A stretch of DNA of 63,830 bases, filler included, from Welwitschia mirabilis (Eukaryota): NCBI GenBank assembly GCA_051453625.1. It is 8 parts of one record of this genome, joined end to end, with 100 filler letters (N's around TTAATTAATTAA, not from the genome) between each part and the next. Parts side by side here need not be neighbours in the genome. Positions count along the whole stretch, not along the records: positions 1 to 14,488 come from JBOZIK010000001.1; 7 more parts are not named here. One strand, 5' to 3'. The translations under genes were made by a program, and so were the position numbers. Of this stretch, positions 1 to 12,043 are shown piece after piece (positions within the stretch are counted from its first letter, which is position 1; every line of letters starts with the position of its first letter). The notes beneath the pieces were generated by a model. It searched no databases. It saw nothing but the letters and a program-made list of their open reading frames with translations, and was not told where the DNA came from.

Positions 1-3000
1 TCCCCTCATCATGAAAAGGTTGTAATAAACTTTAAGGCTATGGGATCAGTGGTGTTCTTGGTATCATTAGAGGTATTTCTTATTCCTTAGCCCTTAGTAT
101 TCCCACATGATTATTTTACTTTTGAGGATTTGGGTGTGCTTTGAAATGTAAGTAGGTGAGTTCATTTCTAAATAAGTTTTGATCTTATCATTATTATTCT
201 AAAGCACTTATTTTCTTAGTATTATTATAATCACTACCTTTTCAAGTAGAACTTTATGAAGTTTGTACATTTTGTCATGCATTTTTTACTTAGGTGGTTT
301 TATGATGTCTTTCATGAGAATTTGCTAAGTTAGAATTTAGGATAGATAAGCAATTTTCTTCATGTTTCTTGTGTCCATTTTCATTATACTTTTCTTTGGT
401 TTTTAGTTTATTATTTTAAAGTAATTTTTGAATTTTCTCATCTTCACATAGGATCTTATCATTTAGTAGTTTTGTTATTTTTAATTCATAACATATCATT
501 TTTTAGCATTAAAATTTATCAAAAAATCTTTTATGTTACACAATTTTTATGAGATTCCCTATATCTTTTGAAGTTCTATACTTTGCCTTGTTTCTTTTTT
601 CAATTCAAGCAACATTCATTTAGTCTTCATTGTTAGGTTTGAACCTAGGTAGTATGTTTTTGTTAGCTCTATTTTTTATTTGTTTTGAGTTTACTACTTT
701 ATCATGATTTGTCATGACTTTTGCCATTTCCTATTTTTTCAAGCTTTTTGATAAATTTGATACCTTTATAATAATATTTGAGCCTAACTTTCTTGGCTAA
801 AATGTTTATTTTTATAAATTTTTTTAAATTTCCATCATCCATCAAGTTTTCCAAATGATATAGATGGATGATAGTCTGATTTTTTCTGAGAGTCATCCTA
901 AGATAATTATCCAGATGACATGGCCAGAAAATAGTGTGATAAAACCATCATTTAAACTTTTTTTCGTCATTTTCTCTTCATTTCTTTATCATTTTCACCC
1001 ATTCCTTTGAGATACAACAATCCATCTAGTCCCTGCCAATGCACTGGATCTTGTCCCTATAAGATTTGCTCCCAAATTTTTCAGATTTTTGCAAATTCTT
1101 AAAAATGACGTATGTTTTTCTCTCCCTTTTCTTTTTCAATTTTTTCTCCTATTTTTTTGCCTTGCATCATGTATTTTTCATGTATGTTTATCAAGTTTTC
1201 ATACTCTTTAATTTGAAACTTATAGATTTAATTTTTACTATGTATTTCGAAAGATATGATCAATTGTGTATTTTATGAGAAAAATTTAGGTTTTTACTTT
1301 AACACTTGATTTCTTATAAACTATAAGTCAAAACACAGTGATCCTTTAGGGTAAACTAATTAGTTCAACATGTTCTACAATTCTACTAGATTAGATTTTT
1401 CATTTGAGTACTTTGAATTTTTACCTTTGTAAGGCCCACTTAAAAAACTATTTTTTCATTTTTCATGCATTTCAAAATTTTCTTCTCACAACTAGGTAAT
1501 ATGAGACATATTGCCAACTTTGAAGGGGTAGGACATATTTTCATAATTTTTTAACATTTTCTATCAATTTTGGAGGTTGTTTTTGAGCATCCACACCATG
1601 TATTTAGCTTTGTCTATCAGATTTCATGTAACTTTTCATATTTTTGATTAAGTAGGCCCCATACACATAAGAGTTATATAGGTTAAGGCTGAGGTCTAAG
1701 CCATAAATCAAGAGGTAGATCCATTAGTATCACTTGAGGTAGAGTGTGTAGAGTGTATGCATTCCTCACCTCAACATGGATATTCACTCATGATTTAGGC
1801 TGCTACCATCCATGTCGAGTGATATTTTAGAGACTTCATAAGCCAATTTAAGATAGAGGTTAATTAGAGGCTCTTCAATTTATAGTTCTATTGTATTCTA
1901 AAGGCACATAAGATGTATAATATGTCAGAGACTAGGGAGTTTTATGACACTATGTACATAGAGTGATAACCAGATTCTTATGGTTACCTTGCAGATATAA
2001 TTGTAGCATTAACATGGGACGATGATATCATAGTGCTCCCAAATAATATTTCATTAGTTACAGATCTAGGTGATGATGGGAGCTTACATATTTATTCTGC
2101 TAATGGTACAAAGGAGTTTCATGCATATGACACAGCACTAGACATATCAGCAAACTTGATACTGGATAGGAGGGGTGTTCTTGTTACATAGTTAACCTCT
2201 ACCTATAGAGTATTACACAGATGGCTAATTTATATCATCAATCCATCATTTCATAATACTCATGCCATGGTAGTTCATTTATAGATTTTGATAGATTTCA
2301 GACAATGGGAGTAGATGGACTTACCTACATTTATCTAAAGAAGACTTAGATCCATGATAAAGGCATGATACCTTTAGAGACTTAGTTATTTATGCCTCCT
2401 CTTAGTATTTTTTAGATGTTTTGGGATACTAAAGCCCATGGATAAGCAGTGTATTTCATACATTCAGATATCTACTTGCTATTTATAGAACATGGGTATA
2501 CATGTTTCAAGAGAAGTAAATAGACCTCACTATAGAGACCTGTGGTTGGAGCTGCTCTTAAGCAGATTTATGCTCTCCTAGTAGAGACCATCTAGACTAT
2601 TATAGGTTTTATGAATAAAGGTATACATATAATTAATCATAGGATCTAGGCTCTAGATTAGAAATAGCATACATTTAAGTAGAGGATTCTATCCCTTGAG
2701 AGGAGAGTACAGTACACTAAGAAGCAGATGATTGACATACGTCAATGTATTGTCTTCATTCAATAGAGTGTAACTATAGATATTACTAATGTATTTCATG
2801 TTCAGAATAACAAGATATTTAAATCTATCTCTACATTTTTAGATGTCTATTTCCCCATGAATCTGAGTAGCCTCCTTCTTCTTTCCCTACTTCTAAGTCA
2901 GCCATTAAGCCCTAGTTCATCATGCATAGATGAGGGGAATTATTTTGTATTATTGTTTTGTATCTTTCCTTCTATATATTTTTGTACTAAAAAACTCTTT

Positions 3001-3455
3001 TCTAAAATTTATATAGACATATCTTTTTTGGGCATGGTGTATTCATTGTATCTGATTTTTTATGATTATCTTTTGATTTCTTATAATGAGGATTTAATTA
3101 TACTTAGGTAAAATTTTCTATTCTTAACTATTTAATTTAATGAGTGGTTGTTTATTACATTTTCTGATTATCAATTAAAAACAAAAATTTTATCGCAAAT
3201 TCCAGATTTTAAAAACTTTTTCTGAGTTTATTATCCTCTTCATCATCTAGATGATGATCCGGATGACTGACTGATAGGTGTTTGTTCAGTTTTTCTAATT
3301 TTTCAAAATTCATTTTATATCTTTGTAATTTTTAAAAATATTTTTGAGATAATTTCCTCAAGTATCCTAGCTTTTTTATTATCTAATAAGTTGACTCAAA
3401 AACATGGTTTACTACCTAGTTTTATTAAGAACTAATAAAGCTAAGTGGGGTCCTA
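1..3455 (+). mobile_element. 3' internal region of an Athila-like Ty3/gypsy element (post-integrase UTR, extra ORF, PPT)
   Basis: 1-400 aligns by eye with 38051-38460 and 44178-44580. 3375-3500 is the reverse complement of 30053-30180. It ends in PPT-like AAGTGGGG (3443-3450) just before an LTR start. Confidence 0.8.
1700..2930 (+). pseudogene. Degenerate extra ORF ('env-like'/putative plant transposon protein-type) of the Athila-like element
   Basis: Stop-interrupted translation contains YNMSETREFYDTM and LTSTYRVLHRWLIYIINPSFH...MDLPTFI*RRLRSMIKA. It is homologous to ORF 30898..31098(-). These resemble the 'VREFY' and 'RILH..I..NI.P' motifs of Athila accessory ORFs. Boundaries are approximate. 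Confidence 0.65.
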
Positions 3456-4541
3456 TATTACACTTCCAACTTATGCATATTTGATAGGATATTTTAAGTA
3501 GTCTTATAGGTAAATAAATAGGTAAATGCTTGATTTCCATGATAATGGAGAGCTAAGATGAAAATAATGAAAACACACAATCTCCATGATAATTTATAGC
3601 ATTCTAAACAAATCTGAATATTTTACATTTTTTAAAGATACCTTTTTGTAAACATTGAGAATGATGTAATAAATAAAGGATTATCAAAGGACATCATCCA
3701 CCTAATCATCTAGATGAATTTATGAATGTTCATGCTAAACGAATGCTAACTAAAGTCTATCTGGTAGCTAATGTAAATTAATTATGAGATGGTATCATCT
3801 CCTCCATTGTTCAAACAACTAGCCGGACGACAATGTTGTAATGCCTATACTGAACATTCACCTAACTTGTGCTACTTGTATTTTTCATTTCTCCTCACGT
3901 GGTTGTTACTGTTTACCTACAACTTCTTGTATTTTATATGTTAAGTCAATAAATAGAGATCTTGCCCTTAACTCCTACTTATCTTTATTTATACTTGAAA
4001 TTCCTATAATAGAAGATCAAAGGGCCAAAAATCCATCCTGTAGTTTTAAAAAGACATTTTCTTGATGTTGAATGGTGATTCCTCCATTGAGTTGTGGTTA
4101 CTTTGTAATACAAATGTTATTTGATTCTTAATAGCAAAACATTTTCTTTTATGCTTTAATGTGTAATTGTCTCTCACCCTCATAGCTTATTTTGCTTTTG
4201 ATCCGATGACAGTTTCTCTAGTGATATAGGTTATGAGGGTAACCTTTATTAAGGTTATGCTTGGTTAGTTTAGGTTAAATGCATTGTTGTTTCTTTTTTC
4301 TAGATTAGCTTTGTATGAGTGTGTTTTATTTTACTTTCATGCATTCTAAGTTATTTCTATAGATTAGGATGCAAGTGTTTCTTTGGAAAGCAACTCTCTT
4401 ATTTTCTACTTTAACCTTAAATGGATTATGACATTTGGGTTAACTCCTGTCTATATTATTGTATTGTGTTTATGCATTATTATTTGTGATTAACAATATT
4501 TTACTTATGATGTAAACATTGCATAAATATGCACTACAACA
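3456..4541 (+). repeat. Athila-like LTR (about 1.09 kb), with PPT upstream and PBS downstream
   Basis: Starts TATTACACTTCCAACTTATGCATATTTGATAGG (decayed TGTTGCG...) and ends GCACTACAACA. Homologous to 7190-7626, 22820-23919(-) and 34426-36033(-). Confidence 0.85.
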
Positions 4542-4544
4542 TCT

Positions 4545-4562
4545 TGGTGCTATTGCTAGAGA
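4545..4562 (+). promoter_or_regulatory. Primer-binding site, tRNA-Asp type (decayed)
   Basis: TGGTGCTATTGCTAGAGA versus the canonical Athila PBS TGGCGCCGTTGCCGGGGA, 3 nt after the LTR terminal CA. Confidence 0.8.
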
Positions 4563-5269
4563 AGGCTGCTTAAAGTTTGAGAGTTATCATTGCATTAGTG
4601 AGTATTTCGATTTGGATGCTTACCGTAGGAGAGGTATACCATTATCTGTAGTACTGTAGGTTTTTCCTTTTTGCTAAATTAGTTTTATATTTTTCAAATA
4701 AAAATTTGTTTTTTGTTCTACAATAAAAAGTCAGTCATTCACTTTTTGCCTCTGTGCTATGAGTTTTTTATTTCATTTTTCTATTAAAAACTTTTAGAAT
4801 TTTTCATTATCCATTTTATCGTCTAAATGACTTAGGAGGATGACAATATGATTTTTGAGTTTTTTGTTAGAGTCAGTCTTTTATTTCTATTTTCTACTTT
4901 TTTCTTTTTTTTGGTTTCTATATTCTTTATCATCTAGGATATCAACCGAACGATGATAAGGATGGTATGTTATACATATGAGACTAAGCATGAATGATAA
5001 AATCTAGTAAGAAATAAAAACATTAGAGAGATTGACTATTGATTACTAAAAATATCAAGGAAGATTTGATAAATCTGGGAATTGAAATAGGTAAAAATAG
5101 TGAAGGTATGCAAGATTTTGAAATTCCTATAATTTCTACTTTTATTTCTATAGAGTCTATTTTTGATACCATGTCTTCTTCATCGCAAAAGCAAAAGCAA
5201 TCCATCTGAACAAATCCACCCCTTATCATTGGAACCCATACAACTACTCTACTCATACCAATGCTAATC

Positions 5270-5990
5270 TCACTCTTAGAGATCATATAGCAAATAAGAA
5301 ATGTGAAATCAAAATTCCTTTTAACTTACCTTCTAGTGATGATGTTGAAATCTATAACCTAAATACTTATCCTACCTTTAGTAAAGAACTCGATGCAGAT
5401 CCTTTATAATACATTATAGATATAGAACAACTTGTCCTCACTTTCAAAAATGGTAAAAAAAGGTATAAGTGATAGAACCTATATAGTCATCTTCCCCATC
5501 ACTTTAAGAGATAAAGTAAAACTATGGCTTAGAATTATTCCTCACAAAAATCTAAAATCTTAGAGTCAAGTTCAGGGAGACTTCATTAAGAGATTTATGA
5601 GTGATTCCATCATTTAGAAGTGTAAGAAAGAAGTTATTAACTTTCAACAAATGCCTAACGAATGAGAGATTCTTTGTTCCTTTACATTTAAATCTTGTAG
5701 ATGCCTTTTCCCAGGTAGAACTTGTTGACTATTTTTATAATGGATTAAACAGTCACACAAAGCAACTTGTAGATTTTTCATGTGGAGGTAACTTATTGAA
5801 CTAAACCTTAGAAGATGCTTGGAAAAGTATTAGAAGACTTGGTAGAAGTGAGTCAAACTTGGCCTAAAACCTTACCTAGATAAAATTGAACAATAGACTA
5901 AATTATTAAATATCTAAAGAAGGTAAAACATGAAAAAAATAAAATAAGAGCAAAAAATGAACTAAATAATTTTATAAAGGATTTTACTTC
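5270..5990 (+). pseudogene. gag: Athila-like gag (retrotransposon capsid) remnant
   Basis: Translation: NLNTYPTFSKELDADPL*YIIDIEQL...IFPITLRDKVKLWL...DFIKRF, plus FYNGLNSHTKQLVDFSCGGNLL (ORF 5601..5804). Contains frameshifts and stops, and is cut by an insertion at about 5991. Confidence 0.85.
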
Positions 5991-7089
5991 AGATAGGATC
6001 AAGAACCCTAAGGGGAGGTAGCAGCAGCGGGAGTGGGGGGGAGGGGGTGTAGGGGGGGGAGGGAGGGATGGGGGAAGGGATTGAATAGGTTCTTTTAAAA
6101 AAATTAACCTCAAAATAGATTAAAATTATCTAATCTTGCATGTAAAAATAATAAAATCAAGAATGTACATATAAGAAATAAAAAACTGAATGTAAAGAAT
6201 CAAAAGACAGAAAACTAAGCTAGTAATTTATATGCACATAGGATTTATAGTGGTTCAGGAACTTCCCTACTTCACTCTTGATGATCATCTTCTTCTAAAC
6301 TTGATCTTAGATCTTTGTTACTCCATAGGTTTTACAGGTTCACCTATAACCCTTACAAGTGGATTTTTATAGGCTAAGTGTTAATCTTATCAATGAACTT
6401 TTGTAGACTAAGTCTTAACCTTTAACAGTGGACTTTTACAGGCTAAGTCTCAACCTCTGAAATCAATATATGTGATGCAATGCAGCCTTGGTAGCTTAGA
6501 TATTACATGTTTAATATTAGTACAATGTATGAAGCAATAGATCATAATGATGAAGCTTTTAGATCTGATTCTGAAAATAGTTGTTTTACCAAGGATAGAT
6601 CTCCTCAATCAGATATGAATCAATCCAATGATGTGCCAATGAAAAATGCAGTCTAATCTTTTAGATCCACAATAGTAATGTTGAATTTAAATAGTGCCAA
6701 AAAATATCTTTAGGTTAACTATTGCCTAGCTATTTATAATAGAGGGTTACTATGGTTTATTATAAATGAATTGCAATTCCAACGACTATAAACGGCTAGA
6801 AAATGGCTAGGTAATGGATACATAATGTTTACAACATTTGCTTTAACTCCATAAAATTCTAGTTGACCCCATGATAAGTTAGTCGATCCCATATTAGATC
6901 TGGTCGACCCCTTGTCTCTCGGTCTGGAACTATGGATTGTTAGCTTCTCAGGTCTGGCCGATCCCATGAAAATCCCGTCAACCACTTTCCTCTTAGTCTT
7001 GGACTTGCTTATCAGTTTCTCAAATCCAGTAGCCCCATGAATATCTGGTTGACTCCTTGCCATTCAGTTGAAGGATACTAGTCCTTAAG
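5991..7089 (-). mobile_element. Sirevirus-like (Ty1/copia) LTR inserted into gag
   Basis: The + strand reads (T)GATAGGATCAAGAACCCTAAGGGG...TGAATAGG...GGATTTATAGTGGTTC...CCTAC, the reverse complement of a SIRE-type LTR 3' end. Repeated TAGTCGATCCC/TGGTCGACCC units occur at 6860-6965. Runs into a gap. Confidence 0.65.
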
Positions 7090-7189
7090 NNNNNNNNNNN
7101 NNNNNNNNNNNNNNNNNNNNNNNNNNNNNNNNNNNNNNNNNNNNNNNNNNNNNNNNNNNNNNNNNNNNNNNNNNNNNNNNNNNNNNNNN

Positions 7190-7626
7190 GTGGCATTTCC
7201 TCTATTGAGGTGTGGATACTTTGTAACATATATGTTCTTCAAAACTTAATACAAAAACATTTTCTTTTATGCTTTTAATATGTGATTATTTCTTATCCTC
7301 ATAGCTTATGTTTCTTTTGATGTAATGACAGTTTTTCTAGTGATATAGCTTATGAGAGTAAGATTTGTCAAGGTTGTGCTTGGTTAGTTTAGCTTTACAT
7401 GAGTATGTTATATCTTACTTTTATGCATTACAAGTTATTTTTGTAAATTAGGGTGCAAGTATTTATTTTTGGAAAGCAACTCTTTTATTTTCTACTTTGG
7501 TCTTTAATGAATGACAACATTTAGATTACTCCCATCTATATTAGTGTATTGTATTTTTGCATTATTATTTATTATTAACAGAATTCTACTCAGGATGAAA
7601 ATGTTACATAAATATGCAATACAACA
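7190..7626 (+). repeat. 3' portion of an Athila-like LTR
   Basis: Colinear with 4075-4541 and ends ATATGCAATACAACA. It is followed directly by minus-strand pol sequence rather than a PBS, marking an insertion junction. Confidence 0.85.
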
Positions 7627-10572
7627 TTGATATTTATCACAACCGTACAAGTTTTCTTCTTCTAATTAATCATTAAACAAAGTTATTTCATGAAGCATGG
7701 ATCATCTCTCCTTAAGTGGATGGTGCTATAAAAATAAAGTTAACTTTATTTCTTCTTTTACACTCAAATCACTTCCTAAATCTTTTTCAGTTGCATCAAA
7801 TGCTCTTATTGAAAACTTTTTATTACCTAAATGATGCTCCATTAAATTAGTTCTTATATTAATAATACAGTGAGCTGTTGCACAAAAATCTCTACCTAGA
7901 AATAAANNNNNNNNNNTTGAATGATTAAATTCTTAATCACACCTAACATTTTCTTAATAGATGTATCAACCAATTATAAAACAATATATATAGGCTCTAT
8001 TCTATCTTTCAATCTAAGTCTATGATAAATATGCAAGGGTATAATGTTGGTACTATCTCCAATATTAGTCAAGGCTATCTTAATTCTTCTTTTTTCCTAT
8101 AAAGTAACACTAATAGTTTCTACCCCTGGATCCTTAAACATTGGACTTTTCGGTGAAACTAAGTTATTAATGGATTGAGCTAGTAAAACTTTACTAGTGA
8201 TGGTTTGTTTTTACTTTCTCATAATCAGTTTTCCACAACTTAGAATACTTAGGGTTATCCTACAAAAGTTTTTAAAATAGTAAATTGATGCTCACATTTT
8301 ACATTAAGTCTTTTAAATAATCATCGAAAGTAAGATTTGTATTTAATTTATCTAGCTAAAGATTAGAAAATTTCATATGTAAAGAATATTTCTTTTTGTT
8401 ACTTAATGGAGAAGAAAAGGAATGATTTTATAATATTTCTATATCCTCTTCTTCATTATTTTTATCACTTTATGATGTAAAAGCCTTATGGGTGGGAGGT
8501 GTTGTATCATTTCCACTTCTTGTCATCACCTTAAAATCCTTTTTAACTTCATTTGGATTTGGTAAAGGTTAACTGGTAAGAGAGTCTTGTGGTATTTGGT
8601 TAGCAAGAATGGTTTATTGTAAACACTCACAAGATTTTCAATGTTTGAGTTTGTTCTTTCTTGTGTTTTTCTCAATTCATAAATAAAGTTTCTCAAAGGA
8701 TCACTTTGATTTTATTAGTTGGATGATCTTGCTTGATTATATGAGTTGTTTAATTAGAAGTTTAAGTTCTCAAATCATTTTTTAAAATGTTGGAAATTAG
8801 GATGGTTTGTTTGAAAAATTTTAAAATTCTCACTCATCCTAGGTTAAAATTTGTTATGATTTTGAACTTATCCTTGGTTTTGGTTTTGATTATAGTTTGA
8901 AGACCTTTAGTTGAAAGAACATACTTTCTCATAAATTCTTTCTTTGTAAGTTGGAAGTAAAAAAAAATTCTTGTAACATGATAACTATCCTTATATAAAT
9001 CACAAGTAGGGGCTACAACTACACTNNNNNNNNNNNNNNNNNNNNNNNNNNNNNNNNNNNNNNNNNNNNNNNNNNNNNNNNNNNNNNNNNNNNNNNNNNN
9101 NNNNNNNNNNNNNNNNNNNNNNNNNNNNNNNNNNNNNNNNNNNNNNNNNNNNNNNNNNNNNNNNNNNNNNNNNNNNNTAATTCAGTTTTCTCTAGATGAG
9201 GGTTTAGGCCAAGTTTGACTTACTTCTACCAACTCTTATAATACTTTTCAAGAATTTTTCAAAGTTAATTTCAATAAATTACCTCCACACAAAAAGTTAA
9301 CTAATTACTTTATTTAACTATTTAATCCACTATAAAAGTAGTCTATTAGTTCTTTCTAAGAAAAGGCATACAAAGGGTTTGACTGTAAAGCAATTAAAAA
9401 TCTCTCATAGGTAGAGGAATAATCTTCATTAGTTATTAAAATTTGGTTACTTCTTTTTTACATTTTCAAATGGTGGTTTCACTCATGAATCTATTAATGA
9501 AGTCTTTCTAAACTTTAATCCATGATTTTAAACTTTTGTAAGGAATCATTTTTAACCAAAGTTTAGTATTACCTTTTAAAGTAATGAAAAAAATAACCAT
9601 GTAGGTTCTATTACTTATTCATTTTTTACCATTTTCTAAAATGAGCACTAATTGTTCTATATCGTCAATGTGTTATAAAGGATATTCATCAAGTTCTTCA
9701 CTAAAAATAAGATAGGCATTTAAGTTTTTAAGTTCAACATCATCACTGAGAGGTAAATCAAAGGGGAATTGAATTTATGTTTCTTATTGGCAATCATATT
9801 TCTAAGGGTGACATTGACATTGGTTCTAACATATGTGATTGTAGGGATTCCAATAATAAGCGATGGATTTAGTAAAACAAGTTGCTTTATTTTTGTGATG
9901 ATGTAGACATATTTGAAAATTAAAAACTATCGTTAATACAATATTTTGAAAAAATTTATTTTAGAGAATTATACTCTAAAGAAATAAAAGTAGAAATTAT
10001 TAGAATTTCTAAACTTTATGTACATTTGTTATTCTTATCTGAGTTAGCTTTGAGGTCAATTAAATTTTCTTAGATATTTTCCTCTATACTAGCCATTCTC
10101 TCTAGNNNNNNNNNNCATGCATACTCAATTTTATATGCACAGAGTGTCATCTTTGCAGTTGTTTAGATGACAGTCTAGATAACAGAAACATAAAAAACAT
10201 ATAAAATAAAAAAAACAGAAAATAGAAATAAAAAACTAATAGGTAAAGAAAACATTGATGGTGGATTGTCATTCACCTAAGTTAGTTGAATGATAGACGG
10301 GATGATAGAAAAAATACTAAAAATTTTTGATAGATAAAAGAATAAAAGCTCATAGCACAAAGGTCATCATTGGTACATGTCATCTAGATGATAAAGTATA
10401 TGACAAATTTTTATTATAGAACAGAAAAACTTTTATTTGGAAATAGAAAAACTAACACTGTGGAAATAAAATCTATACTACTAAGTAAGCACCTAAACCA
10501 AAATCCAAATACTCAGTTATGCAACGATAGCTCTTGAACTTCAAGCAACCTTCCCTGGCAATGGCATTAAGA
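7627..10572 (-). mobile_element. Athila-like internal region: PBS, 5' UTR, gag and protease remnants
   Basis: Minus-strand PBS TAATGCCATTGCCAGGGA at 10552-10569. gag at about 8500-9800 is homologous to 5270-5990. Protease-like KIALTNIGDSTNIIPLHIY...IVL*LVD at about 7950-8090. Confidence 0.8.
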
Positions 10573-11896
10573 TGTTATAATATGTATTTATGCAATATTA
10601 TATCTTTAGGTGAACTTTATCAATTACAAATATATTCATAAACACATCACACTAATATAGACAAAAGTTAACCTAAATGTCATAATCCATTGAAGACATA
10701 GGCTAGAGTAAGAGAGTTACTTTTCATAAGAAAATACTTTGTATTCTAACTACAAAAATAAATTGTNNNNNNNNNNNNNNNNNNNNNNNNNNNNNNNNNN
10801 NNNNNNNNNNNNNNNNNNNNNNNNNNNNNNNNNNNNNNNNNNNNNNNNNNNNNNNNNNNNNNNNNNAATGCAAGATAAAAGATGAAATGTAATGGAATGA
10901 AATGTAAATGGGATGAGTTCTACTTGGACATTAATCCTTCTATCATAAGAACTATTTTTGGATAACTTAGATCAACTAAGAAGAGTTTTATTACTTGTTT
11001 TTAGTTAACATAAACTATTAAAATTTTCAAATAGAATATGGATAATGTAATATAAAATTAAAATAAAATAACAATAAAGATCTAAAATAACAGAATAAAC
11101 CTTAACAAAGGTTACCCTTTATGACCTAAATAAATTATAGAATTGTGACTTAAACTCTAATCAAATTAAACCATAAGGGCAAAAACACAATTGTAGTAAA
11201 CAGAATACTTGAATGCATCATAGAATCTTTACATCCACTTATAACAAAGTAGTAGCTCCTCAATGGGGGATACTTAGCCCAACACTAAGGGTAATGTCTC
11301 TCTATAACTATTGGATGAACCTCTTGTCCTTCAGTCTTCCATCATAAGAGCATCACATACAAAAGATGAAAATAGAAGTAAAATAAAGGAAGGGTATTTA
11401 TACTCTTATATTAAAGTTCTAGAAGATCAACCCTAAAAGTTAGAAAAGAAACCTTAGCATACCAAGTGAGCTGCATGACCTCATTAAAAAGATAATTCTT
11501 TTTGACATAGAAAATAGGTATCATCTTGACTATTATGGGGATGATAGAGGGGACTTCACTCTATATGAAATGATAGTCTATCAGCTTTAGGCCCTACTAT
11601 CAACCCCTCATCCTTTATCCATGTTAGCAGTGTTGTCATCTACTTGTCATCAGGATGACGGGCTTCTTAATTTTTAATCTAAAAAAGAAATTAATCTTTT
11701 GCATGGTGAATCCTTCTTTTGAAGTATGAAGTATCAAAATAAGCCTAAGATGCCTTCAAATATGTTAATAATCATATGTTTTGGTGGGCATCTTGTCAGT
11801 TCTTCATAATTATTAATATTACATCCAAACTTGTATAATGTTCTATAAAAGCACTCAAAATACACCATCAAATTCATATAAATTGGAATTGCAACA
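10573..11896 (-). repeat. Athila-like LTR (5' LTR of the element to the left; contains a gap)
   Basis: Minus strand starts TGTTGCAATTCCAATTTATATGAATTTGATGGTGTATT at 11896 and ends ...ATATTATAACA at 10573. 11220-11440 closely matches 36950-37140. The two sides of the gap could belong to different LTRs. Confidence 0.75.
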
Positions 11897-12043
11897 TGCT
11901 TATTCTCTCACATAACTTTAATGAGTTTATGATATTTGGATCACTTGCATTTATACTAAAGTATTGTATTTTATAATATATCTATTTGTGATTAATAGGA
12001 TTTAATAAGACATAAAGGGTTATAAAAATTAAGCACCATAACA
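11897..12043 (+). repeat. 3' end of another LTR, interrupted on the left and inserted into gag on the right
   Basis: Ends TATAAAAATTAAGCACCATAACA, like the family LTR termini (CATAAATATGCACTACAACA). gag codons resume immediately afterwards. Confidence 0.55.

Noticed and set aside
5898..6113. Proline-rich ORF (PPSLPPPPTPPPP)
   Set aside because: It is the translation of the G-run tract across a TE junction, not an extensin or formin gene.
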